The notes under the pieces are model-generated. The model was not told where the DNA came from. It was given only the letters and a program-made list of their open reading frames with translations, and searched no databases. 64,000 nucleotides of DNA from positions 177,484 through 241,483 of the forward strand of contig CAZBLW010000001.1 in the NCBI GenBank assembly GCA_964493305.1, written 5' to 3'. Positions 29,481-38,408 of this stretch are shown piece by piece (position 1 is the first letter of the stretch; each line of letters starts with the position of its first letter). This DNA comes from an uncultured Gammaproteobacteria bacterium. GTDB lineage: Bacteria > Patescibacteriota > Patescibacteriia > S139-126. The position numbers were made by a program, and so were the translations under genes.

Positions 29481-29651
29481 GATATAATTAAAACCTCCTG
29501 CCAGTTTGGCGGGAGGTTTTACTTTTGAATTATAAAATTTAAATTATCAATCAATTTTTAATTATTCAATATTAAAGAAATTAAAATTTATAAAGTTTTA
29601 AGTTGACAATAATTGTTTTTTTGTTTAATTTAATAGATACGTTATAAATAT

Positions 29652-29738
29652 GCCGCGGTGGTGGAATTGGTAGACACGCAGGTCTCAAAAACCTGTGGGC
29701 GCAAGCTCATGAGAGTTCGATTCTCTCCCGCGGCACCA
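29652..29738 (+). tRNA. tRNA-Leu(CAA)
   Basis: GCCGCGG/CCGCGGC acceptor, CT-CAA-AA loop, long variable arm, encoded CCA. Confidence 0.96.
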
Positions 29739-29847
29739 GTAAATCAGTATAAGGAATAAAGTATAAAGTATTAAGTATAATGGTTTATTGAAAATTATCT
29801 TGAATAATTCAGATAAATAAGATATAATCTTTAAGCGTATTTATCAT

Positions 29848-29923
29848 CGCGGGGTAGAGCAGTTGGCAGCTCGCCAGGCCCATAACCTGGAGGTCGCTGG
29901 TTCGAGTCCAGCCCCCGCTACCA
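29848..29923 (+). tRNA. Initiator tRNA-fMet(CAT)
   Basis: CGCGGGG start with C1xU72 mismatch, CAT anticodon, encoded CCA. Confidence 0.92.
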
Positions 29924-29924
29924 A

Positions 29925-30001
29925 GGCAGGGTAGCTCAGTTGGTTAGAGCGAGGGAATCATAACCCCTAGGTCGGCGGTTCAACTCCGCCCCCTGTCACC
30001 A
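29925..30001 (+). tRNA. tRNA-Met(CAT), probably elongator (Ile2 not excluded)
   Basis: GGCAGGG/CCCTGTC acceptor, AT-CAT-AA loop, encoded CCA. Confidence 0.9.
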
Positions 30002-30107
30002 GTTTAGAATCTTGAAGTTAGAATAGAGAGTGTTAATTTTAAAATTTTTTCTTGAATTATTCATTAGTAATTAGTTATTAGAAATTAGTAATTAATACCC
30101 ATTCCCC

Positions 30108-30596
30108 ATGTTCTTAATCGTGCACACTGCTGCCGCAACCGTAATATCACAACAAACAGGCAATCCCATGCTCGTTTTTTTATTGTCATTTTTTTCTCAT
30201 TTTGTGCTTGATTTCATCCCTCACGGTGATGAAAAATTAACTGATAAAACCCAACCAAAAAACGTGCAATTTCGAAAACTTTTTTGGGCGGCTACAGCTG
30301 ACAGTTTTTTAATATTTTTATTTTCAGTATATTACTTACTTACGTTTGCTCCTGCTCATTTTGGTTTATTTTTTGTAGGACTAGGTGGTGCAATTCTACC
30401 TGATCTTATTTCCGGCCTAAGTTTTGTGTTAAATGGAAAATTCAATAAAGATTACCCCTTGCTGGCTAAGTTTCAAAAGATACACAAAACTGTACACACT
30501 TTTTTTGAACGTAAATTAAACTTTCTTATTCCCCTCAAATACGGCCTTATCTGGCAAGGCTTTTTCTTTTTAATGTTCGTTAGTTTATTACAATAA
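30108..30596 (+). CDS. Membrane protein, putative metal-binding hydrolase-like
   Basis: H...SHFVLDFIPHGD...LPD...H..H with TM segments. Confidence 0.7.
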   Translation: MFLIVHTAAATVISQQTGNPMLVFLLSFFSHFVLDFIPHGDEKLTDKTQPKNVQFRKLFWAATADSFLIFLFSVYYLLTFAPAHFGLFFVGLGGAILPDLISGLSFVLNGKFNKDYPLLAKFQKIHKTVHTFFERKLNFLIPLKYGLIWQGFFFLMFVSLLQ

Positions 30597-30668
30597 GTAT
30601 TTTTTTGGATAATTAAATAAAATATTGTATAATAAAATTGTCTAGTTAAATTTAGAAGATTATTTTTT

Positions 30669-31430
30669 ATGGGCAAAATTATCGCTCTGGTCAATCAAAA
30701 GGGTGGAGTGGGAAAAACTACAACTTCAGTAAATTTAGCTGCTTATTTAGCTTTGTTTGGTAAAAAAGTATTGTTGGTTGATATTGATCCCCAAGGCAAT
30801 GCTTCTTCTGGTTTAGGCATAGTGTTACGGGAATTTGATGAGCATATCTATCATGCTTTGGTTACTCCAGAAAAATTTCCCAAAATTATTCGTAATACCA
30901 ATGTTGACAGTTTGCACATTGCTCCTTCCAATAGTAGTTTAGCTGGCGCGGCGATTGAATTGGTAAATTTTCCCCAACGCGAGTATCGTTTAAGACAATT
31001 ATTGCTGGAAGCTAGGACAAAATATGATTATGTGATTATAGATAGTCCACCCTCACTTGGACTTTTAACCATCAATGGTTTAGTAGCAGCTGACCAAGTA
31101 ATGATACCGGTGCAAGCAGAGTATTATGCTTTGGAAGGGTTAGGACAACTTTTAAAAACTATCAATTTAGTACAAGCCCATTTGCATCCCGAGTTGCAGA
31201 TTTTAGGCGCAGTTATTACTATGTATGATAGAAGAAATCGGTTATCGGAAGCAGTAATGAAAGAGTTGTACCAGTATTTTCCCAACCGGATTTTCAAATC
31301 CGTCATCCCTCGCAGTGTTAGACTGGCTGAAGCACCATCGCACGGGTTGCCGATTGTATTGTATGATAAAAATTCTACCGGTAGCAGGGCTTACCAAGAT
31401 TTAGCCCAAGAAATATTAAATATACCGTAA
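30669..31430 (+). CDS. parA: Chromosome partitioning ATPase ParA/Soj
   Basis: NQKGGVGKTT, DIDPQGNA, DSPPSLG, VRLAEAPS. Confidence 0.96.
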   Translation: MGKIIALVNQKGGVGKTTTSVNLAAYLALFGKKVLLVDIDPQGNASSGLGIVLREFDEHIYHALVTPEKFPKIIRNTNVDSLHIAPSNSSLAGAAIELVNFPQREYRLRQLLLEARTKYDYVIIDSPPSLGLLTINGLVAADQVMIPVQAEYYALEGLGQLLKTINLVQAHLHPELQILGAVITMYDRRNRLSEAVMKELYQYFPNRIFKSVIPRSVRLAEAPSHGLPIVLYDKNSTGSRAYQDLAQEILNIP

Positions 31431-31434
31431 ACCT

Positions 31435-32352
31435 ATGGCAAAAAAATTTGGTTTAGGCAGAGGTTTAAATTCACTGATACCAGCTAGCGCTGATGATTAT
31501 CAGGAATCAGAACCGTTGACTGAAACAGAAATGACTACTGAAACAGTGGCGCCACTGGATATTGATTCTCAATTAAATCGTCAAGAGAAAATTGAATATA
31601 TTGATCCTGTCAAAATAATTACTTCACACTATCAACCCCGACAGTTGTTTGAACATACGGCTTTGGAAGAATTGGTCAACTCTATCAAGGAGTTTGGTAT
31701 TTTGGAGCCTTTGATAGTTTCACCTTTAAGTGGTAGTACGTATAAGTTAGTAGCTGGGGAGCGACGGTTGCGGGCGGCTAAGATTTTGGGATTGAAAACA
31801 GTACCAGTTATTTTGCGTACTGTTTCTGAACAACAACGCCTAGAAATATCTTTGATTGAAAACGTGCAACGCCGAGATTTAACGCCATTGGAAGAGGCCA
31901 ATGCTTATAAAAAATTGATTGAAGAGTTTAATTTAACCCAAGATCAGCTAGCGAAAAAGGTAGGTAAATCTAGATCAAAAATAGCCAATTCATTGCGTTT
32001 ACTGAATTTACCCACTGAGGTGCAAATTTTATTGGGTAGCGGACGACTGACCGAGGGACACGCCAAGGTTATTTTAGAATTAGCTACACCCCAAGAACAG
32101 ATTATCATGGCCAGAAGGGTAGCTGAACAAAATATGTCGGTCAGGGATGTTGAGAAGAAAGTCGCTCAGCGTAAAGGCAAAAGCAAACCCCCGCAGATTT
32201 TAAATGATAAACTGCAAAGTTTACAGGACGAGTTAAGACAAATATTTAAAACCAAAGTTTTTATTAAACCAAAAAAACAAGGTGGCTTGATTGAGATTGA
32301 GTATTATTCTGACGAAGAATTAAATAATTTAATTGACAAATTAGGAATGTGA
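31435..32352 (+). CDS. parB: Chromosome partitioning protein ParB/Spo0J
   Basis: GLGRGL, QPRQ, AGERRLRA, ENVQRRDL, HTH. Confidence 0.96.
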   Translation: MAKKFGLGRGLNSLIPASADDYQESEPLTETEMTTETVAPLDIDSQLNRQEKIEYIDPVKIITSHYQPRQLFEHTALEELVNSIKEFGILEPLIVSPLSGSTYKLVAGERRLRAAKILGLKTVPVILRTVSEQQRLEISLIENVQRRDLTPLEEANAYKKLIEEFNLTQDQLAKKVGKSRSKIANSLRLLNLPTEVQILLGSGRLTEGHAKVILELATPQEQIIMARRVAEQNMSVRDVEKKVAQRKGKSKPPQILNDKLQSLQDELRQIFKTKVFIKPKKQGGLIEIEYYSDEELNNLIDKLGM

Positions 32353-32375
32353 TTGGTTTTAGAATTTTAAATATT

Positions 32376-33881
32376 CTAAAACGGTGATTTAATATGCCAG
32401 CGCGAAAGTGAATCTTTATTTAGAGCCTGTCTAATATGATCCTTCGCGCTTTTTGTTTTGACAATTTTTAACCAATCCTCATTGGGTTTTTTTCTATTTT
32501 TATCAATCATAATTTCTACCATATCACCCGAGCGCAATTTTGTTTCCAGATTAACAATTTGCTCATTGACTTTAGCACCAATACATTTATTGCCTAAATC
32601 CGAATGGACGTGATAAGCAAAATCAATGGGTGTGGCGCCTTCAGGTAGTTCAATAACATCGCCTTTGGGGGTAAAAATAAATATGCGATCACTAAATACA
32701 TCCAATTTGATTTGTTGGAGATACTGTTCAGTATCTTTAACCTTTTTTTGGATAGCCATCAATTGTTTAATCCACTGTTGTTGCTTATCCGGTAGTTTAA
32801 AAGAACCTTTGGTTTTGTAGTGCCAATGGGCGGCAATACCGTATTCGGCTTGTTCGTGCATGGTATTGGTGCGCACTTGAAATTCAACAATTTGTCCATC
32901 GAGTGCAAAGACAGTAGTATGAATTGATTGATAGCCATTGGGCTTAGGAGTAGCAATATAATCTTTTATACGCCCTTTCAATGGCTGCCAAATACTATGG
33001 ATAATGCCAATAGTGGTATAACAAGATTGAATATTGGGAACAATTATTCGTAGGGCAATCAAATCGTAAATACGATTGATATCTCTGTCTTTTTGTAATA
33101 ATTTGCGGTATAAGCTGTAAATACGTTTAGTGCGACCGTGGATGGAAGTGTAGGCTATACCTTCGCGTTGGAGATTCTCTTCCAATATTTTTTTTATTTT
33201 ACTTAAATTTTTTGTTTGTCTTGATAATGGTTCTTGACGCAAAGAAAGTACCCATTTATATTCAGCGGGTTGTAAAATAGCAAAAGACAAATCTTCCAGT
33301 TGGTGTTTTATTTCACCCATACCTAAGCGATCAGCAATCGGTGCATAAATTTCCAAAGTTTCTAAGGCAATCCTTTTTTGTTTGTCAGGCGGTAAATATT
33401 CAATAGTTTGTAAATTGTGTAAACGATCAGCAAATTTGATAAAAATTACTCTGATATCTTTGGCCATGGCAATAAACATTTTGCGTAAATTTTCAGCGTA
33501 ACGCTCAATACCGCGATATTTTAAACGTCCCAGTTTGGTGATGCCGTTGACCAGTTTGGCCACCTCTTTGCCAAAATTTTTTTCAATTTCCGACAGACTA
33601 ACTTCAGTATCTTCCGGCACGTCATGAAGTAATCCCGCCAATAAGGTGGGCATATCAGCCTTCATTTCTGCTAGATTATAAGTGGCTGCCAGTGGGTGAC
33701 TGATATACAAATCACCAGACATACGCTTTTGTTGATCATGAGCTTCAGCGGCAAAATCATAAGCTAACCTGAGCATAGTAAAATCTTCATCCGGTGGTAA
33801 ATAATTTTTAACCTTATCTACCAAGCCCTCGATAGTTTGTTCTGATGGTTGATTGGTTTGATTGAGATTAAGAAAATTCAT
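32376..33881 (-). CDS. rel: RelA/SpoT homologue, short form (HD + synthetase + TGS)
   Basis: LLHDVPED, ADRLHN, KDYIATPKPNGYQSIHT, GIAAHW, TPIDFAY; ends soon after TGS. Confidence 0.92.
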   Translation of the reverse strand: MNFLNLNQTNQPSEQTIEGLVDKVKNYLPPDEDFTMLRLAYDFAAEAHDQQKRMSGDLYISHPLAATYNLAEMKADMPTLLAGLLHDVPEDTEVSLSEIEKNFGKEVAKLVNGITKLGRLKYRGIERYAENLRKMFIAMAKDIRVIFIKFADRLHNLQTIEYLPPDKQKRIALETLEIYAPIADRLGMGEIKHQLEDLSFAILQPAEYKWVLSLRQEPLSRQTKNLSKIKKILEENLQREGIAYTSIHGRTKRIYSLYRKLLQKDRDINRIYDLIALRIIVPNIQSCYTTIGIIHSIWQPLKGRIKDYIATPKPNGYQSIHTTVFALDGQIVEFQVRTNTMHEQAEYGIAAHWHYKTKGSFKLPDKQQQWIKQLMAIQKKVKDTEQYLQQIKLDVFSDRIFIFTPKGDVIELPEGATPIDFAYHVHSDLGNKCIGAKVNEQIVNLETKLRSGDMVEIMIDKNRKKPNEDWLKIVKTKSAKDHIRQALNKDSLSRWHIKSPF

Positions 33882-33998
33882 CTATTATTTTAGTGGTTTT
33901 ATCATACAATAATATTTAGAAAATGCAATTATTGACGGTCGGCTAATTGTTTGCTACTATCTGGAGAATTAGTTTTTTTATAAATTATTGGAGGGAAA

Positions 33999-34598
33999 AT
34001 GAAAACTTATCACGGTAAGCGTGTCTTTGATGTATTGTTGGCAAGTTTGGCTTTGATTGTTTTGTGGCCGATTCTTCTTTTGATTACTGGTTTGGCTTTG
34101 GTCTTTAATGGTCGTCCGATTTTATATCGTCAAACCAGACTTGGTGTGGCTGGTCAAAAATTTACTATTTATAAATTTAGAACCATGGTCAATGGAGCTC
34201 ATGATCAGCTGACGGCAGTTTTGCACCATTATAAGCAACAGCGCTATAATCATAGATTACCGCAAGATCCTAGAGTGACTAAGTTGGGAAAAATTTTACG
34301 ACGTTGGAACGTTGATGAATTACCACAATTATTTAATATTCTCCGAGGAGAAATGAGTTTTGTTGGTCCGCGACCGGCAGAAAATTATTTTTGTGATGAT
34401 AACAACTACCTCAATCAAGTTAAAGATTTGCGTCCCGGCTTAACTGGTTACTATCAAATTTATTCTCATACCACAGATATTAGTAGTGTTGATATTCGTA
34501 TCGAATCAATTGCTAAATATTGGCAAGAAATATCATTTCTAAACGATATTAAAATAATATTACAAACTTTTAGAGTGGTATTGAAGCAGAAATTTTAA
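33999..34598 (+). CDS. Bacterial sugar transferase (priming phosphoglycosyltransferase)
   Basis: KRVFD, YKFRTM, DPRVT, DELPQLFN, MSFVGPRP, PGLTG. Confidence 0.92.
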   Translation: MKTYHGKRVFDVLLASLALIVLWPILLLITGLALVFNGRPILYRQTRLGVAGQKFTIYKFRTMVNGAHDQLTAVLHHYKQQRYNHRLPQDPRVTKLGKILRRWNVDELPQLFNILRGEMSFVGPRPAENYFCDDNNYLNQVKDLRPGLTGYYQIYSHTTDISSVDIRIESIAKYWQEISFLNDIKIILQTFRVVLKQKF

Positions 34599-34640
34599 AA
34601 GACCCAAAATAATTTGGGTCTTTTTATTTTTATCGTAAAA

Positions 34641-34874
34641 TTATTTGCTGGTTAATTTCTTAAGATCATACACCTTACCTTGTTGTCGCCATTTAGCTAG
34701 GGTTTTCAGGGCTTGATTGGATAGTTTAACCCGTACATAGCGACCGGTAGCTGGATTGAGTAATCTTTTACTTTGGAGATTGACATTGAATTTACGTTTG
34801 GTTTTACGATTGCTGTGTGATACATTGTGTCCGCGCAAAGCTCGTTTGCCGGTGATATCGCATTTTTTGGCCAT
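34641..34874 (-). CDS. rpmB: 50S ribosomal protein bL28
   Basis: MAKKCDITGK...GHNVSHSNRKTKRKFNVNLQ. Confidence 0.96.
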   Translation of the reverse strand: MAKKCDITGKRALRGHNVSHSNRKTKRKFNVNLQSKRLLNPATGRYVRVKLSNQALKTLAKWRQQGKVYDLKKLTSK

Positions 34875-34930
34875 ATAAAAAATCTAATTATAAAATAGTT
34901 GCTTTATTATAGAGTAAAATATTGTTTACG

Positions 34931-37204
34931 TCAAGATTTTTTGGTGCGTTTAACTGTTCGTTTGGTTTTAGTCGGTTTGTCTTTGGCTGAGTCAATAATT
35001 TCTAGACATTCGGCCACGGACAATTTCTCCGGATCTTTGTCTTTGGGTAGACGGATATTGTTTTCTCCATCGGTAATATAAGGACCAAAACGACCCCGCA
35101 AAATTTTAATATTTTGTTCGGAAAATTCTTTAATAGTTTTCTTTTGTTTTTTTTCAATCGCCTCAGCTAAATATTTTTTAGCTGTTTGTTCATCTATGGT
35201 TAGAGGATTTTCGTTTTTAATAGATACAAAATCGTTGCCAATTTTTAAATATGGACCAAAGCGACCAAAACCCGCCAATATTTTTTCACCAGCTTCAGTT
35301 TGACCAACTTCACGGGGCAAGGACAACAGTGCCAAAGCGTCAGTCAAAGTTATATCTTCAATCATTTGTCCAGGTAGGAGAGAGGCAAATTTTGGTTTTT
35401 CAGCATCATCTTTGGTGCCTAGTTGTACATAAGGACCAAAGCGACCAACACGGACACTGATGGGTTTATTGGTAGCAGGGTCTAGGCCCAATTCTTTGGT
35501 AGGCATAATATCTGTTTTGGAAATAGAATTTTCTTTTTCGGTTAGAATTTTGGCAAATGGTTTGTAAAAATCCATAATCACCGGTGGCCAGTCGCGTTTA
35601 CCCTCAGCAATTTCATCCAGTTCATTTTCCATTTGAGCAGTAAAGTTATAATCAAGAATTTGGCTAAAGTGCTCAGTCAATAAATCATTGACTACCATAC
35701 CAATATCAGTAGGTTTTAATTTTTTGTCCGTCAAAGTAACGTAGTTTCTGTCAATAATAGTGGAAATAGTAGGGGCATACGTTGAAGGACGGCCAATACC
35801 CTTTTCTTCCAAAGCTTTGACTAAGCTGGCCTCGGTGTAGCGTGCTGGTGGTTGAGTAAAATGTTGTTCTGGTTTTACAGCTAAGCATTCTAACTGGTCA
35901 TTGACCGTCACTGTAGGCAGAGTGTTTTCTTGTACTTTATCAGGATATATTTTTAACCAACCAGCAAAAGTAATAACTGAACCGTTGGCTCGTAAACCAT
36001 ACTGGCCAGCCGAGATGTCAATACTGTTTTGTTTTATTTTGGCTGGTGGCATTTGGCTGGCTAATGCTCTTTCCCAGATTAGTTGATAGAGTTTGTATTG
36101 GTTGATATTTAAGTAAGCTTTGATGCTTTCCGGATCGCGTTGGGCGCTAGTTGGTCTAATTGCTTCGTGAGCTTCTTGGGCTGACTTATTTTTTGTTTTA
36201 TAGCGGGTGGGTTGAGAAAAATTTTTGCCAAAATTGTTTTGCAAATAACCAGCTGCTTCTTGAATAAATTTTTCTGCTAGATTCAACGAGTCGGTTCGCA
36301 TATAGGTAATCAAACCAGTTTGCCCGGATGAACCCAATTTTATACCTTCATATAATTGTTGTGCCAGCACCATGGTTTGTTTGGCAGAAAACCCCAAACG
36401 ATTATTGGCAGCTTGTTGTAGAGTCGAGGTAGTAAAAGGCGGATAAGGATTTTTTTTGACATCTTTACTTTCAATTTTACTGACATTAAATGTTTGTCTG
36501 ATTAGGTCTTGTTTTATTTTTTCCGCTTCAGAGTCAGAGTTAATGGCAAATTTGTCTAAAGTTTTTTTGTCAATGGTTGTCAGTTTGGCAGCGATGGTAT
36601 CACTTTGGTGTTTTAAATCAGCCGTTATGGTCCAATATTCTTCAGGTTTAAAACTGTTTATTTCTCTTTCCCTTTCCACAATCAATCTGACAGCAACTGA
36701 TTGTACTCTGCCTGCTGAAAGGCCCCTAGCTACTTTTTTCCAGAGAAACGGGGATAATTTATAGCCAACAAGACGATCTAAAATTCGACGAGCCTGTTGA
36801 GCATCAACCAGTTTCAAATCAATCGAACGAGGTTCTTGCAGGGCTTGTTTGATAGCTTCCTCAGTAATTTCGTGAAAAACAATCCGCTGAGAACTGTCAG
36901 GATCAACCCCGATAATATTTGCTAAGTGCCAAGCAATAGCTTCGCCTTCACGGTCTTCGTCAGTTGCAAAATAAATATTGTCAGCACTGGCGGTCTTTTT
37001 TTTAAGTTCAGTAACGTTTTTTTGTTTACTTCTGGGGACTATGTAAGTCGGGGTAAAGTCGTTGTCAATATCAATACCTAGCTTACCCTTGGGCAAGTCA
37101 CGAATATGGCCATAGGAAGAAAGTACCAGGTAATTTTTTCCTAGGAATTTATTGATGGTTTTGGCTTTAGTCGGTGATTCGACTATAATGACGTTTTTTG
37201 ACAT
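34931..37204 (-). CDS. topA: DNA topoisomerase I
   Basis: IVESPTKAKTI, ATDEDREGEAIAWH, SAGRVQS, ITYMRTDS, C-terminal GRFGPY repeats; start at MSKNV. Confidence 0.97.
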   Translation of the reverse strand: MSKNVIIVESPTKAKTINKFLGKNYLVLSSYGHIRDLPKGKLGIDIDNDFTPTYIVPRSKQKNVTELKKKTASADNIYFATDEDREGEAIAWHLANIIGVDPDSSQRIVFHEITEEAIKQALQEPRSIDLKLVDAQQARRILDRLVGYKLSPFLWKKVARGLSAGRVQSVAVRLIVEREREINSFKPEEYWTITADLKHQSDTIAAKLTTIDKKTLDKFAINSDSEAEKIKQDLIRQTFNVSKIESKDVKKNPYPPFTTSTLQQAANNRLGFSAKQTMVLAQQLYEGIKLGSSGQTGLITYMRTDSLNLAEKFIQEAAGYLQNNFGKNFSQPTRYKTKNKSAQEAHEAIRPTSAQRDPESIKAYLNINQYKLYQLIWERALASQMPPAKIKQNSIDISAGQYGLRANGSVITFAGWLKIYPDKVQENTLPTVTVNDQLECLAVKPEQHFTQPPARYTEASLVKALEEKGIGRPSTYAPTISTIIDRNYVTLTDKKLKPTDIGMVVNDLLTEHFSQILDYNFTAQMENELDEIAEGKRDWPPVIMDFYKPFAKILTEKENSISKTDIMPTKELGLDPATNKPISVRVGRFGPYVQLGTKDDAEKPKFASLLPGQMIEDITLTDALALLSLPREVGQTEAGEKILAGFGRFGPYLKIGNDFVSIKNENPLTIDEQTAKKYLAEAIEKKQKKTIKEFSEQNIKILRGRFGPYITDGENNIRLPKDKDPEKLSVAECLEIIDSAKDKPTKTKRTVKRTKKS

Positions 37205-37252
37205 AGGTTTAACTGTTTTTGAACATAACACAAAATAATTTTACTTGGCAAG

Positions 37253-38341
37253 TCATGACCGGCTAATAACAAACTTTCCGTCAGCCATTTTTTTGATCAT
37301 TTTTTGTAATTCCATAATTGATAGATGCATATTAATTTCCGCGGCTGGTATTTGGGTTCTTCTAATAATTTCATCAATATCCATAGGTTGGGAAGTTAGA
37401 ATTTCTATTATCAATTGTTGTTTTGGATCTGTTGGCTGGGCAATTGGCGGTTGATAAATTTCTTGTAAATTAAGTATGTCAATTATATCCTGATAGCCGC
37501 TGATTAGGTGAGCGCCTTTTTTGATAAGATTGTTTGGTCCGGCGGAATTGTTTGCATAAATAGAACCTGGTACCGCCATAACCTCACGATTTTGTTCCAA
37601 TGCGGTGGTAGCAGTAATTAGCGAACCGGATTCAATGTCTCCTTCTATTACCAAGACAGCCTGTGAGAGTCCGGAAATAATACGATTACGTCTAGGAAAG
37701 TGTTGCTTCAATGGCAGTGTGCCTGGCGGGTATTCAGATATTAATAAACCACCAGCAGCGATAATTTTTTTAGCTAAATAACGATTGCTGGAAGGATAAA
37801 GATTGGCATCATCCAAACCATTCCCTAAGACAGCAACAGTTTGTCCGTCGGCAGATAAGGTTTCTTGGTGTACCAGCGCATCAACCCCTAAAGCCATTCC
37901 CGATACAGTAACCAGATGGTAGTGACATAGAGGTGGTATTAGATCCTTGACTATTTGGGTACCATAGGGTGAAATTTTTCGCGTGCCCACAATAGCCAAA
38001 GTATTTTTTTGAATATTTAAATCACCACGATAATACAAAATTGCTGGTGGATCATAAATTTCCTTTAGTAGAGGTGGGTATGATTGGTCGGTAAACAGCC
38101 AAATTTTTATTTGCTGTTTTTCCACCTCAGCCAGCAATTTATCAGGATCAATATTTACTCGGTGGAGAATAATATTTTCTTTGCTTCTTTGATCTAAATT
38201 GGTTTGGTTGATTTCCTGGTCTGATGCTTGCCAGGCAGTTTTTAAGTTAGGAAAAAATTTTAGCAGCGACAATAACCGCGCAGCTCCGATTTGGGGTAAG
38301 TGACTAAATGCCAACCAGTATTTTAAATCTTTATTACTCAT
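37253..38341 (-). CDS. dprA: DNA processing protein DprA
   Basis: YPPLLKEIYDPP, AIVGTR, VSGMALGVD, FPRRNRIISG. Confidence 0.95.
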   Translation of the reverse strand: MSNKDLKYWLAFSHLPQIGAARLLSLLKFFPNLKTAWQASDQEINQTNLDQRSKENIILHRVNIDPDKLLAEVEKQQIKIWLFTDQSYPPLLKEIYDPPAILYYRGDLNIQKNTLAIVGTRKISPYGTQIVKDLIPPLCHYHLVTVSGMALGVDALVHQETLSADGQTVAVLGNGLDDANLYPSSNRYLAKKIIAAGGLLISEYPPGTLPLKQHFPRRNRIISGLSQAVLVIEGDIESGSLITATTALEQNREVMAVPGSIYANNSAGPNNLIKKGAHLISGYQDIIDILNLQEIYQPPIAQPTDPKQQLIIEILTSQPMDIDEIIRRTQIPAAEINMHLSIMELQKMIKKMADGKFVISRS

Positions 38342-38408
38342 ATCTATAATATAAAAAAAATATTATAATTGGTAAATAAATTTTTGTCTCCTAGCCGTAC
38401 CAAACAAC

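Noticed and set aside
28255-32352. Replication origin or parS near parAB
   Set aside because: No dnaA, no DnaA-box cluster and no TGTTTCACGTGAAACA-like palindrome found by eye
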